Shown: piece after piece, positions 10,644 through 19,342 of the stretch
Position numbering within the stretch: position 1 is the stretch's first letter
Layout of the letters: every line of letters begins with the position of its first letter
Origin: Spirochaetia bacterium
Lineage (GTDB): Bacteria; Spirochaetota; Spirochaetia; SZUA-6; Bin103
DNA: 64,000 nt
Reading direction: 5' to 3'
Assembly (NCBI GenBank): GCA_965203515.1
Contig: OZ241907.1
Location: forward strand, 160,001 to 224,000
Position numbers and translations under genes: made by a program
Notes under the pieces: generated by a model
Database searches by the model: none
Told to the model about the DNA's origin: nothing
What the model saw: the letters and a program-made list of their open reading frames with translations, nothing else

Positions 10644-11166
10644 CTTCCGCGTCATCGCCGCGACCACGCTGATCGCCGTCGCGGCGTCCCTGTTGACGTC
10701 GACGCTGCTGTCGTGGGTGGCGGTCGCCGGCGTAAAGCCGGACCTGGCGCTGGTCGTCGTGGCCTTGATCGCGATGCGCCGGGGCAGCATGCCGGGCCAG
10801 GTAGCGGGGTTCGCTTCCGGCCTGCTGGCGGACACGATCAGCGTGGGGCCGCTCGGCCTCACCGCCATGGTTCGCACGGTGGCCGGCTACCTGATCGGTC
10901 GGATGGCGGGCCTGGTCTCCGTCGACTGGGTGCTGCTCCCCACCCTCGTAGCGGTCGCCGCCACCGTTCTCAAGGCGCTCACCGTCACGGTGCTGGCGCT
11001 CACCGTCCCCTGGATCCCCGGCTACGCGATCGCGGTCCCCTCCTTCCTGATCGAAGCGGCATTGAACGGCGTGGCCGCCCCGGCGCTGTACGTGCTGCTG
11101 AGCCTGTTGCCGTGGCTCAAGGAGCGCTCGCAACGCCGGACGCTGCGCGTCAGGCTGCGCCCGTGA
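10636..11166 (+). CDS. mreD: Rod shape-determining protein MreD
   Basis: Polytopic membrane protein, KPDLAL, GFASGLLAD; operon position. Confidence 0.9.
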   Translation: MGDFRVIAATTLIAVAASLLTSTLLSWVAVAGVKPDLALVVVALIAMRRGSMPGQVAGFASGLLADTISVGPLGLTAMVRTVAGYLIGRMAGLVSVDWVLLPTLVAVAATVLKALTVTVLALTVPWIPGYAIAVPSFLIEAALNGVAAPALYVLLSLLPWLKERSQRRTLRVRLRP

Positions 11167-13088
11167 ACGGCGCCGCGGTCGAAGAATCGGTCGGCCTCTC
11201 CCGCTTGGCGGCGCTGCGCGTGGCGGTGTTGTGCGTGCTGGCGGGGCTCGGTCTCTACCTGTTCGTGCTGCAGGTGATCAAGGGCGTGGAGTTCGAGCAG
11301 TTGGCCAAGCAGGTCGCCCAGCGCGAGACCGTCGTGCCGGCTCGGCGCGGCCGGATCTACGATGCGTCCTATACGCGCCCGCTGGTCGCGAACCGACCCG
11401 CGTTCTCGATCGACGTCACGCCCGCGCACGTGCCGGGCGACATGTCCGACCTGTTCGCCGCGCTCGGCGCGGTCCTGGACGTCAGCCCGCAGTATCTGGC
11501 CGGCCAGGTGCCGCCCAGCGAACGCCACCTGTTCCAGCCGATCGAGGTCATGAGCGGCGCCGACTTCGCCGCGGTCGCCTACCTTGGCGAGCACATCGAC
11601 CGCTTCCCCGGGGTCGGGTGGCGCAACGAACCGATGCGAGACTATCGCGACCTGGGCGCCCTGGCGCACGTGATCGGCTACGTGGGCGAAATCAGCGTCG
11701 AGGAGCTCCAGGTGCTGTACAATCAGGGCTACCGACGCGGCGACACGATCGGCAAGAGCGGTCTGGAGCAGGTCCACGACCGGCTTCTGCGCGGGACCCC
11801 GGGGCTGAGCTACCGGACGGTAGACGCCCGCGAGCGGGATCTCGGCACGCAGGAGGGACAGGCGCCCTCACCCGGCCATGATCTCGTGCTCACCATCGAC
11901 TCCCGCACGCAGCGCTTGGCGGAGGATGCGCTGGCCGGCCGCATCGGGTCGGTGGTGGTGCTGCGGCCGACCACCGGGGAGATCCTGGCGATGGTCTCGT
12001 ATCCCTGGTTCGATCCCGAAGCGTTCCGCGGGGGCGGCGGCGCCCGGCAGCTGCGCCGGGCGCTGGAAGATCCTTCCTATCCGTTCGTCAACCGGGCGCT
12101 GCAGGCATACCCGCCGGCTTCGGTGTTCAAGCTGATCATGACCGTCGCGGTGCTGGAGGAGCGGCTCATCCCGCCGGAGCGGAAGATCCGGTGCGAAGGC
12201 TTGTTTCGGTTGGGCAGAGGCAGGTGGCAGGATCACGTCTACCCGGACAAGCACGGCCCCTTGAACCTGCGCGAGGGCTTGGCGGAGTCGTGCAACATCT
12301 ACTACTACACGGTCGGGCACCGTCTGGGCGTCGAGCGCGTCGTCCACTACGCGCGGGCGTTCGGGCTCGGCAGTCCGACCGGCATCGAGCTGCCCCGCGA
12401 GCAGGCCGGCTTCCTGCCCACGCCGGCCTGGAAGCAGCGCCGGCTCGGGGAGCCGTGGGTGGGCGGCGACACGATCAACATGTCGATCGGGCAGGGGTTC
12501 GTCACCGCGACCCCCTTGCAGATCGCCAACGCCGTGGCGGCGATCGTCAACGGCGGGGTCGTCTATCGGCCGTTTCTGGTCAAAGAGGTGCGCAGCGGCG
12601 CCGACGGATCGCTGGTCCGGCGGTCCGAGCCGGTGCGGTTGCTGGAAGTCGACGTGCAGCCGGAGACCTTGGCGTTCCTGCGCGAGGCGATGCGCTACAC
12701 GGTGACCGACGGAACCCCCAAGGACGCGATCACCACGCCGGCGGTGCCGGTGGCCGGCAAGACCGGCACCGCCCAGACCCGCTCCGCGCGCGCCGAAGGG
12801 CCGGAGCGCAAGCATTCATGGTTCGCCGCCTATGCTCCGGCCGGCGCTCCGCCGGAGGAGCAGGTGGTGGTCGTCGTCATGGCGGAAGCGTCCGATCGGT
12901 GGGAATGGTGGGCGCCGAAGGTGACCAATGTCCTGTTGCACGGTATGTTCGCCGGCCTGGACTACGACGCGGTGATTCCCGACCTGCAGCAATACACCCC
13001 CATGTACAACCTGCTCGGCGAACCGGGCGACGAGTCGGAGGATGAGCCGGGCGATGAGGATGGTGAGCCGCTCGGTGATGAGCCATGA
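11163..13088 (+). CDS. mrdA: Penicillin-binding protein 2
   Basis: ARRGRIYD, HVIGYVG, GKSGLE, SxxK (ASVFK), SxN (ESCN), KTGTAQ; GTGA overlap with mreD. Confidence 0.95.
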   Translation: MNGAAVEESVGLSRLAALRVAVLCVLAGLGLYLFVLQVIKGVEFEQLAKQVAQRETVVPARRGRIYDASYTRPLVANRPAFSIDVTPAHVPGDMSDLFAALGAVLDVSPQYLAGQVPPSERHLFQPIEVMSGADFAAVAYLGEHIDRFPGVGWRNEPMRDYRDLGALAHVIGYVGEISVEELQVLYNQGYRRGDTIGKSGLEQVHDRLLRGTPGLSYRTVDARERDLGTQEGQAPSPGHDLVLTIDSRTQRLAEDALAGRIGSVVVLRPTTGEILAMVSYPWFDPEAFRGGGGARQLRRALEDPSYPFVNRALQAYPPASVFKLIMTVAVLEERLIPPERKIRCEGLFRLGRGRWQDHVYPDKHGPLNLREGLAESCNIYYYTVGHRLGVERVVHYARAFGLGSPTGIELPREQAGFLPTPAWKQRRLGEPWVGGDTINMSIGQGFVTATPLQIANAVAAIVNGGVVYRPFLVKEVRSGADGSLVRRSEPVRLLEVDVQPETLAFLREAMRYTVTDGTPKDAITTPAVPVAGKTGTAQTRSARAEGPERKHSWFAAYAPAGAPPEEQVVVVVMAEASDRWEWWAPKVTNVLLHGMFAGLDYDAVIPDLQQYTPMYNLLGEPGDESEDEPGDEDGEPLGDEP

Positions 13089-14494
13089 CCGGCGGCGACG
13101 GGGCGCGCGCGCTGCAGCTGCTCGGCGCCACCGCCGCGCTGGTGGTGATCGGCGTGCTGTTCATCTACTCCAGCGGGGTCGACTCCACCGGCGAGTCGCT
13201 GTCGCGGGAGTGGATCAAGCAGATCGTATGGGCCTTGACCGGAATTGCATTGCTGGCGGTGGTGGCCGCGGCGGGCGCCGGCTGGCTGCGGGCCGGGGCG
13301 CTCTACCTGTACGCGGGCGGGCTGCTGCTGCTGGCGCTCACCGCGGTGGTCGGGCGGGAAGTGAACGGAGCCCGTTCCTGGATCGGCGTCAACGACCTGG
13401 GCGTGCAGCCGTCGGAGTTCGCCAAGCTCACCACCATCGTATTCCTTGCGTCCTACTTCGCGGGTATCGGCAACGGCATCAGGGAGCTGCCCCGCTTCGC
13501 GCTCGGACTGGTGATCGTGCTGCTGCCGGTGGGGCTGGTCATGCTGCAGCCGGACATGGGGACGGCGATGGTCTACGTGCCGATGTTCATGGTCGCGGCG
13601 CTGGTCGCCGGGGCCGAGTTACGGCACTTGGCGTTCATCCTGGGCGCGGTCGTCGTCACCTTCGCCATGGCGGTGTTGCCGGAACTGAGCGCCGGCGGCA
13701 CCGCCGGCATGGCGGCCGCCGCGCTGCTCGACCCGGGCACCGTACGCCTTGCCGCCGGAGCGCTGCTGGCGATCGTCGGTCTGGCGTTCATCGGCTACCG
13801 GATCAGCAGCAGCCGATCTCTCTACTGGATCGGCTACCTGGCCTCCATCGGCCTCGGCGGCGTGACCGGAGCGGCGCTCGTGCGGTCGGTGTTGAAGCCG
13901 TACCAGATCATCCGGCTGGCGGCGTTCCTGGACCCGTGGTCCGATCCTCGCGGCGCCGGCTGGAACATCATCCAGTCGATGACCGCGGTCGGCTCCGGCG
14001 GACTGGTCGGCAAAGGGTATCTGCAGGGTACGCAGAGCCACTACCAGTACCTTCCCCAGCAGAGCACCGACTTCATCTTCTCCATACTGGCCGAGGAATG
14101 GGGGTTCCGGGGCTCGCTGCTGGTGCTGGCGCTGTTCGCCGTGATCCTGTTGCGGTCGATAGCGATCTGCCGCCGCGCTCGAGACGACTTCGGCGCGGCG
14201 ATGGCGGCCGGCATCGTCGGCATGTTCGGCACCCACGTGCTGGTCAACATCGGCGTGGCGAGCGGTATCATGCCGATCACCGGCATCCCGTTGACCTTCG
14301 TCTCCTACGGCGGCTCCGCGCTGTGGACGGGGTTGTTGGCGGTCGGCATGCTGCTGGCCCTGCTGCGCACGGGCCCGTCCGCCGGATTGCGGTTCTCGTC
14401 GCGCTTGGCCGCTTCCCAATGGCGGTCCAGCACCGGCAACGGCACCTCGCCCAGGGTCGCGCCGGCCTCCCGCACGCGGCGTTCCACCTCCTGA
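13085..14494 (+). CDS. rodA: SEDS peptidoglycan glycosyltransferase RodA, with read-through C-terminal tail
   Basis: GARSWI, QPSEFAK, LQPDMGT, TDFIFSILAEEWGF, PITGIPLTFVSYGGS. Confidence 0.95.
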   Translation: MTGGDGARALQLLGATAALVVIGVLFIYSSGVDSTGESLSREWIKQIVWALTGIALLAVVAAAGAGWLRAGALYLYAGGLLLLALTAVVGREVNGARSWIGVNDLGVQPSEFAKLTTIVFLASYFAGIGNGIRELPRFALGLVIVLLPVGLVMLQPDMGTAMVYVPMFMVAALVAGAELRHLAFILGAVVVTFAMAVLPELSAGGTAGMAAAALLDPGTVRLAAGALLAIVGLAFIGYRISSSRSLYWIGYLASIGLGGVTGAALVRSVLKPYQIIRLAAFLDPWSDPRGAGWNIIQSMTAVGSGGLVGKGYLQGTQSHYQYLPQQSTDFIFSILAEEWGFRGSLLVLALFAVILLRSIAICRRARDDFGAAMAAGIVGMFGTHVLVNIGVASGIMPITGIPLTFVSYGGSALWTGLLAVGMLLALLRTGPSAGLRFSSRLAASQWRSSTGNGTSPRVAPASRTRRSTS

Positions 14495-15270
14495 AATCGC
14501 CGCCGGAATCGTTCGTTCGCCCCATGCAGCGCCAGTGACGGGTCGACCTGCAGGTGCCGGGCCAGGTTGACCGCCGCGAACAGCAGGTCGCCGGCCTCCT
14601 CCTCGCAGCGCTTCGGGCCGAGCTCGGCTGCCTGATCGACCTCGGCCAGCTCTTCGGCCACCTTGGCGAAGACCGGCCGAGCGTCGTCCCAGTCGAAGCC
14701 GACCTTCGCGGCGGCGCGCTGCAGCTCGACCGCTCGGCGCAGCGGACTGGGCGTTCGGCCGGCCGAGTCGAGCGCGGAAGGCTGCCGGCCGCGTTCGCGC
14801 CCGCTGCGCTCGCTCCGCTTTATGCGCTCCCACTGCCGCAGCACTCCGTCGGCGTCGGTAGGATAGTCGCCGGCCGGCGCGCGCTCCCCGGGCCGGTCCG
14901 CGGGCGGAAACACGTGCGGGTGCCTGCGGCGCAGCTTGTCGACCACCTCGGCCAGCACGTCGGCGGTGCCGAACGCGGCCTCCTGCTCCTTCATGCGGGC
15001 GATCATCGTGGCGATCAGCATCACGTCACCCAGCTCCTCCCGCAGGTTGGCGTCATCGGCGGCGTCGATCGCCTCGATCGCCTCGAACGCCTCCTCCAGC
15101 AGCATCGCCCGCATCGACTGCGGCGTCTGGTCGCGGTCCCAGGGACAGCCGTCCGGCGCGCGCAGGCGGCGGACGGTCCGGTAGAGCTGCGCGAACGCTT
15201 CGCCGACGCGCTCAGCGCTCGGTGACGCAGCGCTTGGTAACTCAGCGCTCGGTAACGGGGTCTGCTCCAT
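14305..15270 (-). CDS. mazG: Nucleoside triphosphate pyrophosphohydrolase MazG
   Basis: LRAPDGCPWDRDQT, EEAFE, REELGD, RRHPHVF, VGFDW, EEAGDLLF, NERFRRRF. Confidence 0.95.
   Translation of the reverse strand: MEQTPLPSAELPSAASPSAERVGEAFAQLYRTVRRLRAPDGCPWDRDQTPQSMRAMLLEEAFEAIEAIDAADDANLREELGDVMLIATMIARMKEQEAAFGTADVLAEVVDKLRRRHPHVFPPADRPGERAPAGDYPTDADGVLRQWERIKRSERSGRERGRQPSALDSAGRTPSPLRRAVELQRAAAKVGFDWDDARPVFAKVAEELAEVDQAAELGPKRCEEEAGDLLFAAVNLARHLQVDPSLALHGANERFRRRFQEVERRVREAGATLGEVPLPVLDRHWEAAKRDENRNPADGPVRSRASSMPTANNPVHSAEPP
15213..15257 (-). repeat. 15-bp in-frame tandem repeat x3 in mazG N-terminus
   Basis: CAGCGCTCGGTGACG / CAGCGCTTGGTAACT / CAGCGCTCGGTAACG. Confidence 0.75.
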
Positions 15271-15449
15271 GCGGTCGCTCGATGGGCGCCGGCCCCGAAC
15301 GGGACGCAGCGTTCTTGCAGGCGCAGCATACCCGCACCGGGCCGGTCCTGTCAGGGTGCGGTCGGGCGGGTTCCGCCAACCGCTTCCGCGTGGTAGGATG
15401 CGGGCTCACGGCGCGGCGTACCGTTGCGGCGGCCGGTTGACCCTCTCAC

Positions 15450-16493
15450 ATGCGCATAGCGTCGGTCGCCCTCAGACATCCCACGCGAAGGGTCACCAAT
15501 GAAGAGATCATCGCCCTCCTGCAGGAGTGCAGCAACGGCATCGAGCCGCGGATCTTGCGCAAGTATCAGCGGCTGGTGCGCGGACTGCTGAACCGGACCG
15601 GATCGGTCACGCGCTACGTCCGGGACGAGCGGCGCGGCGAACGGGCTGCCGACTTCGTCAAGGCCGCGATGCTGGAGGCGATGGAGCAGGCGGGGGTGGG
15701 GCCGGCCGATATCGATCTGCTGATCTACTGCGGGGTGGGCAAGGGGTTCCTGGAGCCCGCGAACGCCTACTTCTACGCGCAGGCTGCCGGCCTGACATGC
15801 TCGTGCTTCGACGTTTCCGACGCGTGCATGAGCTGGATGCGCGCCTTGGAGATTTGCTACCGCTTCCTGCGCGCCGGCACGCATCGCACGGCGATGGTCA
15901 TCAACGGCGAGTTCAACTACAAGGAACACGGATTCCCCGCGAACTTCGCGGTGAAGGGGATCGAACAGCTCGAGTACACGTTTCCCTCCTACACGATCGG
16001 CGAGGCGGCGACGGCCACCGTCGTCACCGCCTCCGATGCGGACTGGCGGTTCGACTACCACTCGGTGCCGGAGCTGTGCAGCCTGTGCAACATCCCGCTG
16101 GCGGGCTATGAGAACTTCGTCGAGCCGTCGGCGCGGATCGCGCTCAACGGCGTGAACAACTTCGTGGCGTACGGCCATGAGCTGTTCGCGCGGGCGGAGC
16201 AGTACCTGATGCCATTGATCCGGCGCACGGTGGGAGACCTGAACGGCCCGGACATCTACTTTCCGCACGCCGCCTCCAGCGTCGCCTACCTGCGCGCCGG
16301 CCGGGCGGCCGGGGTCAGGAACGGCAAGGTGTACAGCGACGTCTTCCCCCGGTTGGGTAACCTGGTATCCGCCAGCATACCGGCGGCGATGGTCCTGGCG
16401 GAGGCGGAAGGCCGGCTCAAGCGGGGCGACCGGGTGGTGCTGGTGCCGGCCAGCGCCGGCATGGTATTCGGCGTCGGTCAGTTCACCTACTGA
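15450..16493 (+). CDS. Stand-alone thiolase-fold ketosynthase of the OleA/PpyS/CorB type (FabH-like)
   Basis: YCGVGKGFLEPA, DVSDACMSW (Cys), TIGEAATA, FPHAAS (His), GNLVSASIP (Asn); extended -10 TGGTAGGAT at 15391-15399. Confidence 0.85.
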   Translation: MRIASVALRHPTRRVTNEEIIALLQECSNGIEPRILRKYQRLVRGLLNRTGSVTRYVRDERRGERAADFVKAAMLEAMEQAGVGPADIDLLIYCGVGKGFLEPANAYFYAQAAGLTCSCFDVSDACMSWMRALEICYRFLRAGTHRTAMVINGEFNYKEHGFPANFAVKGIEQLEYTFPSYTIGEAATATVVTASDADWRFDYHSVPELCSLCNIPLAGYENFVEPSARIALNGVNNFVAYGHELFARAEQYLMPLIRRTVGDLNGPDIYFPHAASSVAYLRAGRAAGVRNGKVYSDVFPRLGNLVSASIPAAMVLAEAEGRLKRGDRVVLVPASAGMVFGVGQFTY

Positions 16494-16541
16494 TCCCGTT
16501 CGGCGCTGACCCGGCCGGCGCTGATCTCCGGCCGGCGGGAG

Positions 16542-17213
16542 TCACGCCTTGGCGGTGACCGGCGCCCGCCGCCCTGCCGCTGCATTGAGGCGCGACTGGT
16601 TGACGGCCGGATCGTTGAGGAAGGAGCGCCAGGAGTCGTACTTGGGGCTCTGCAGCCGCAGCAGGATCACCGGGTTGCGCCGCGGCTCCACCGGCCGGCG
16701 GACGAGCTGCATGCCGGCCGCCCGCGGCGTACGGCCACCCTTGCGAGTGTTGCACGGCATGCAGGCGGTGACCAGATTCGACCACGACTCGGCGCCGCCG
16801 CGCGAGCGCGGGATCACGTGATCGATCGTCAGCTGGCGCGCCGCCAGACGCGTGCCGCAGTACTGACAGGCGTTGCCGTCGCGGGCGTAGACGTTGCGCC
16901 TCGTCAACGCCACCCCTTCGCGCGGGAAGCCGTGATAGTCGGTCAACCTGATGATGCGCGGCACCGCCAGGGTCAGCGTCGCCGTGTGCACCCAGTCGAG
17001 ATGGTCGCAGCCGCCCGCCGCCAGCAGGCCGGAGCGGTCGGTCCATCGGGCGAAGTCGAACGACTCGTACCGGCCGCCGTCGGTGGTGATCACCTCGGCG
17101 GCCTGACGCACCAGCAGCACGAACGCCCGACGCGCGCTGACCAGGCGCAGCACCGCGTACGAGCTGTTGAGGACCAGCACGCTGCATTCGAGCACCCGCG
17201 ATTCGTATGACAC
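16542..17213 (-). CDS. HNH endonuclease (McrA-like)
   Basis: VLVLNSSY, TRRNVYARD..CQYCG, TIDHVIPRSRGG, WSNLVTACMPCN. Confidence 0.92.
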   Translation of the reverse strand: MSYESRVLECSVLVLNSSYAVLRLVSARRAFVLLVRQAAEVITTDGGRYESFDFARWTDRSGLLAAGGCDHLDWVHTATLTLAVPRIIRLTDYHGFPREGVALTRRNVYARDGNACQYCGTRLAARQLTIDHVIPRSRGGAESWSNLVTACMPCNTRKGGRTPRAAGMQLVRRPVEPRRNPVILLRLQSPKYDSWRSFLNDPAVNQSRLNAAAGRRAPVTAKA

Positions 17214-17366
17214 CGCCGGTGCTGTACCATGCCCCCGGTACATGGTCAAGATTACGGCCGATCCGCGGTGCCGAGGCGCCCCGGATCGACGGCGCATGAC
17301 GGCAGGCGGTCAGCCGGCCCCTGTACCGCCGCCCGCCGGCCGTATCACTATGGCGACGACCGGCAG

Positions 17367-17439
17367 GGGCGGTTAGCTCAGTTGGGAGAGCGCCTGGTTT
17401 ACACCCAGGAGGCCGGCGGTTCGAGCCCGTCACCGCCCA
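17367..17439 (+). tRNA. tRNA-Val(TAC)
   Basis: Acceptor GGGCGGT/ACCGCCC, anticodon arm CCTGG-TTTACAC-CCAGG, GGTTCGAGCCC. Confidence 0.96.
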
Positions 17440-17492
17440 TCGTGACCAGGAGTACGGTGATCAGGGAGAGGACCGTCGCTACGACGCGGTCG

Positions 17493-18572
17493 ATGCGCGG
17501 CTGGCTCCTGTTCGGGGTCGGCGTCGCCGCCGTGCTGGTGGGCGCGGTGCTCGCCGGCCGCGCGTTGCGGACGCCGACCGCCGACCAGGCGTTCGATCCC
17601 GTGACCGGGGCCGACCGGCTGCAGGCGTTCACGACGATCTTTCTGGGCATCTTCATCGAAGCGGCGCCGTTCGTGGCGATCGGCGCCCTGCTGTCCGGCG
17701 TCATCGAGACCGGCGTGAGCGCACGGACGCTGGCCCGCTGGGTGCCGGACCGGCCCGGAGCCGGCGTGCTGGCCGGCGCGGCGCTGGGAATGATCTTCCC
17801 GGTCTGTGAGTGCGGGGTGGTGATAGTCGTCCGGCGCCTCTTGCGCAAGGGACTCCCGCCGCCGGTGGCGATCGCCTTCCTGCTCGGCGCGCCGGTCCTC
17901 AATCCGGTGGTGATCGCCAGCACGGCGACGGCGTTCGGGTTCGGCTGGATGCTGGCCGCCCGCCTGGGACTCAGCCTGGTCGTGGCGGTCACGGTAGCGA
18001 CCGTGTTTCGCACGGCTCGCCCGGACGACGTTCTGCCGGCCGGCGGGGACGCCGGCCACGATCATCACGATCACCCCCATCACGATCACGATCATCACGA
18101 TCGAGGTCGCCATGGTTGCGGGCGCGAACCGGCGCCGGCGCCGCTCGGGCGCCGCCTCGGCCCGTTCGCGTTCGACTCGCTGCTGCACGGAGCCGCCGAT
18201 CTGTTCGACATGGGCCGTTATCTGGTTATCGGGTGCGTCCTGGCCGCCCTGCTGCAGACCGTGATGCCGCAGTCGGTCCTGCTGGACATCGGCCGCGGCG
18301 GCGTCGGATCGGTGGCGACGATGCTGGGGCTCGGTTACCTGCTGTCGGTCTGCTCGTCCGTCGACGCCTTCCTGGCGTTGGCGTTCACCAACACCTTCGC
18401 ACCGGCATCGATACTGGCGTTCCTGGTATTCGGCCCGATGGTCGACGTCAAGAGCACGTTGCTGTTCCTGCGCGTCTTCCGCCCCGGCGCGGTGATCTAC
18501 CTGATCGTGCTGCCGCTGGTCGTGACCTTCACGGCAGCGGTGATCCTGCACAATCTGGTTCCCTGGGCGTGA
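17493..18572 (+). CDS. DUF318/YcgR-type permease with His-rich loop (alternative start GTG 17457)
   Basis: IFIEAAPF, FPVCECG, FLLGAPVLNP, HDHHDHPHHDHDHHD, LSVCSSVDAF, FGPMVDVK. Confidence 0.9.
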   Translation: MRGWLLFGVGVAAVLVGAVLAGRALRTPTADQAFDPVTGADRLQAFTTIFLGIFIEAAPFVAIGALLSGVIETGVSARTLARWVPDRPGAGVLAGAALGMIFPVCECGVVIVVRRLLRKGLPPPVAIAFLLGAPVLNPVVIASTATAFGFGWMLAARLGLSLVVAVTVATVFRTARPDDVLPAGGDAGHDHHDHPHHDHDHHDRGRHGCGREPAPAPLGRRLGPFAFDSLLHGAADLFDMGRYLVIGCVLAALLQTVMPQSVLLDIGRGGVGSVATMLGLGYLLSVCSSVDAFLALAFTNTFAPASILAFLVFGPMVDVKSTLLFLRVFRPGAVIYLIVLPLVVTFTAAVILHNLVPWA

Positions 18573-19339
18573 ACGGGAGCGGTGGTCGCCGCGGCGGCGG
18601 CGGACGCCTGCTCGACCGTTCGCGGTTGGCGGCGGCGGTCGTGCTGTACGGCATCGTGGCGATCCTGTTGCACCGCCTGCTCACCGGCACGCTGGTCTAC
18701 TACGTCAATCGCCGTTACGAATGGCTCACGTGGGTGGCGGTGGCGGGGCTCGGCGCCATGGCGCTGGCGCTGTCGGCGGCCGCGTGGCGGACGGCTTCGC
18801 GGAGCGCTTCGGGGCACGGCGCGCGCACGGCCTGGAGCTCCCTGGCGGTGCTGGCCCTGCCGGTGGCGCTGGGGTTGGCTCCGCAGCAGCCCCTGGGGTC
18901 GGCCGCGCTTGACAACCGGCAGGTCGCGGTCGCCAGCCTGCCGCCGACCGCCGAGCGCGCCGTAACCCGGATCGACGCCTCGGAGCCGCAGCGCCGGTCG
19001 ATGCTCGACTGGCTGGTGGAGTTTCACTTGGCTGACGATCCGCACCGGTTCGTTGGCCAGGAAGCGCAGATCACGGGATTCGTGTACCGCGACGACGCAC
19101 GGCTCGGCCCCGAGCAGGTGCAGCTCAGTCGTTTCCTCATGAGTTGCTGCGTGGCCGACGCTACCGCCATCGGCATAGTGGTGCAGGCGCCGGAGCTGGC
19201 GGTGGTGCCGGACGACCGGTGGCTGACGGTTACCGGGCGCTTCGCTGTGGGAGAGATCGACGGCGCGCAGGTGCCGGTGCTGGTCGCCGACGACGTCGAG
19301 CGGATCGATCCCCCGCCGGTCCCCTACCTGTACTACTGA
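18569..19339 (+). CDS. TIGR03943/DUF1980 (YcgQ-type) permease partner
   Basis: GTLVYYVNRRY, ITGFVY, SRFLMSCCVADA, WLTVTG, PPPVPYLY; GTGA-coupled to the permease. Confidence 0.88.
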   Translation: MNGSGGRRGGGGRLLDRSRLAAAVVLYGIVAILLHRLLTGTLVYYVNRRYEWLTWVAVAGLGAMALALSAAAWRTASRSASGHGARTAWSSLAVLALPVALGLAPQQPLGSAALDNRQVAVASLPPTAERAVTRIDASEPQRRSMLDWLVEFHLADDPHRFVGQEAQITGFVYRDDARLGPEQVQLSRFLMSCCVADATAIGIVVQAPELAVVPDDRWLTVTGRFAVGEIDGAQVPVLVADDVERIDPPPVPYLYY

Positions 19340-19342
19340 GCG

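Noticed and set aside
16542..17213. HNH gene as a defence or RNA-guided nuclease (IscB/Cas9-like)
   Set aside because: Short stand-alone HNH of a widespread family, with no RuvC motifs, methylase, array or recognisable ncRNA nearby
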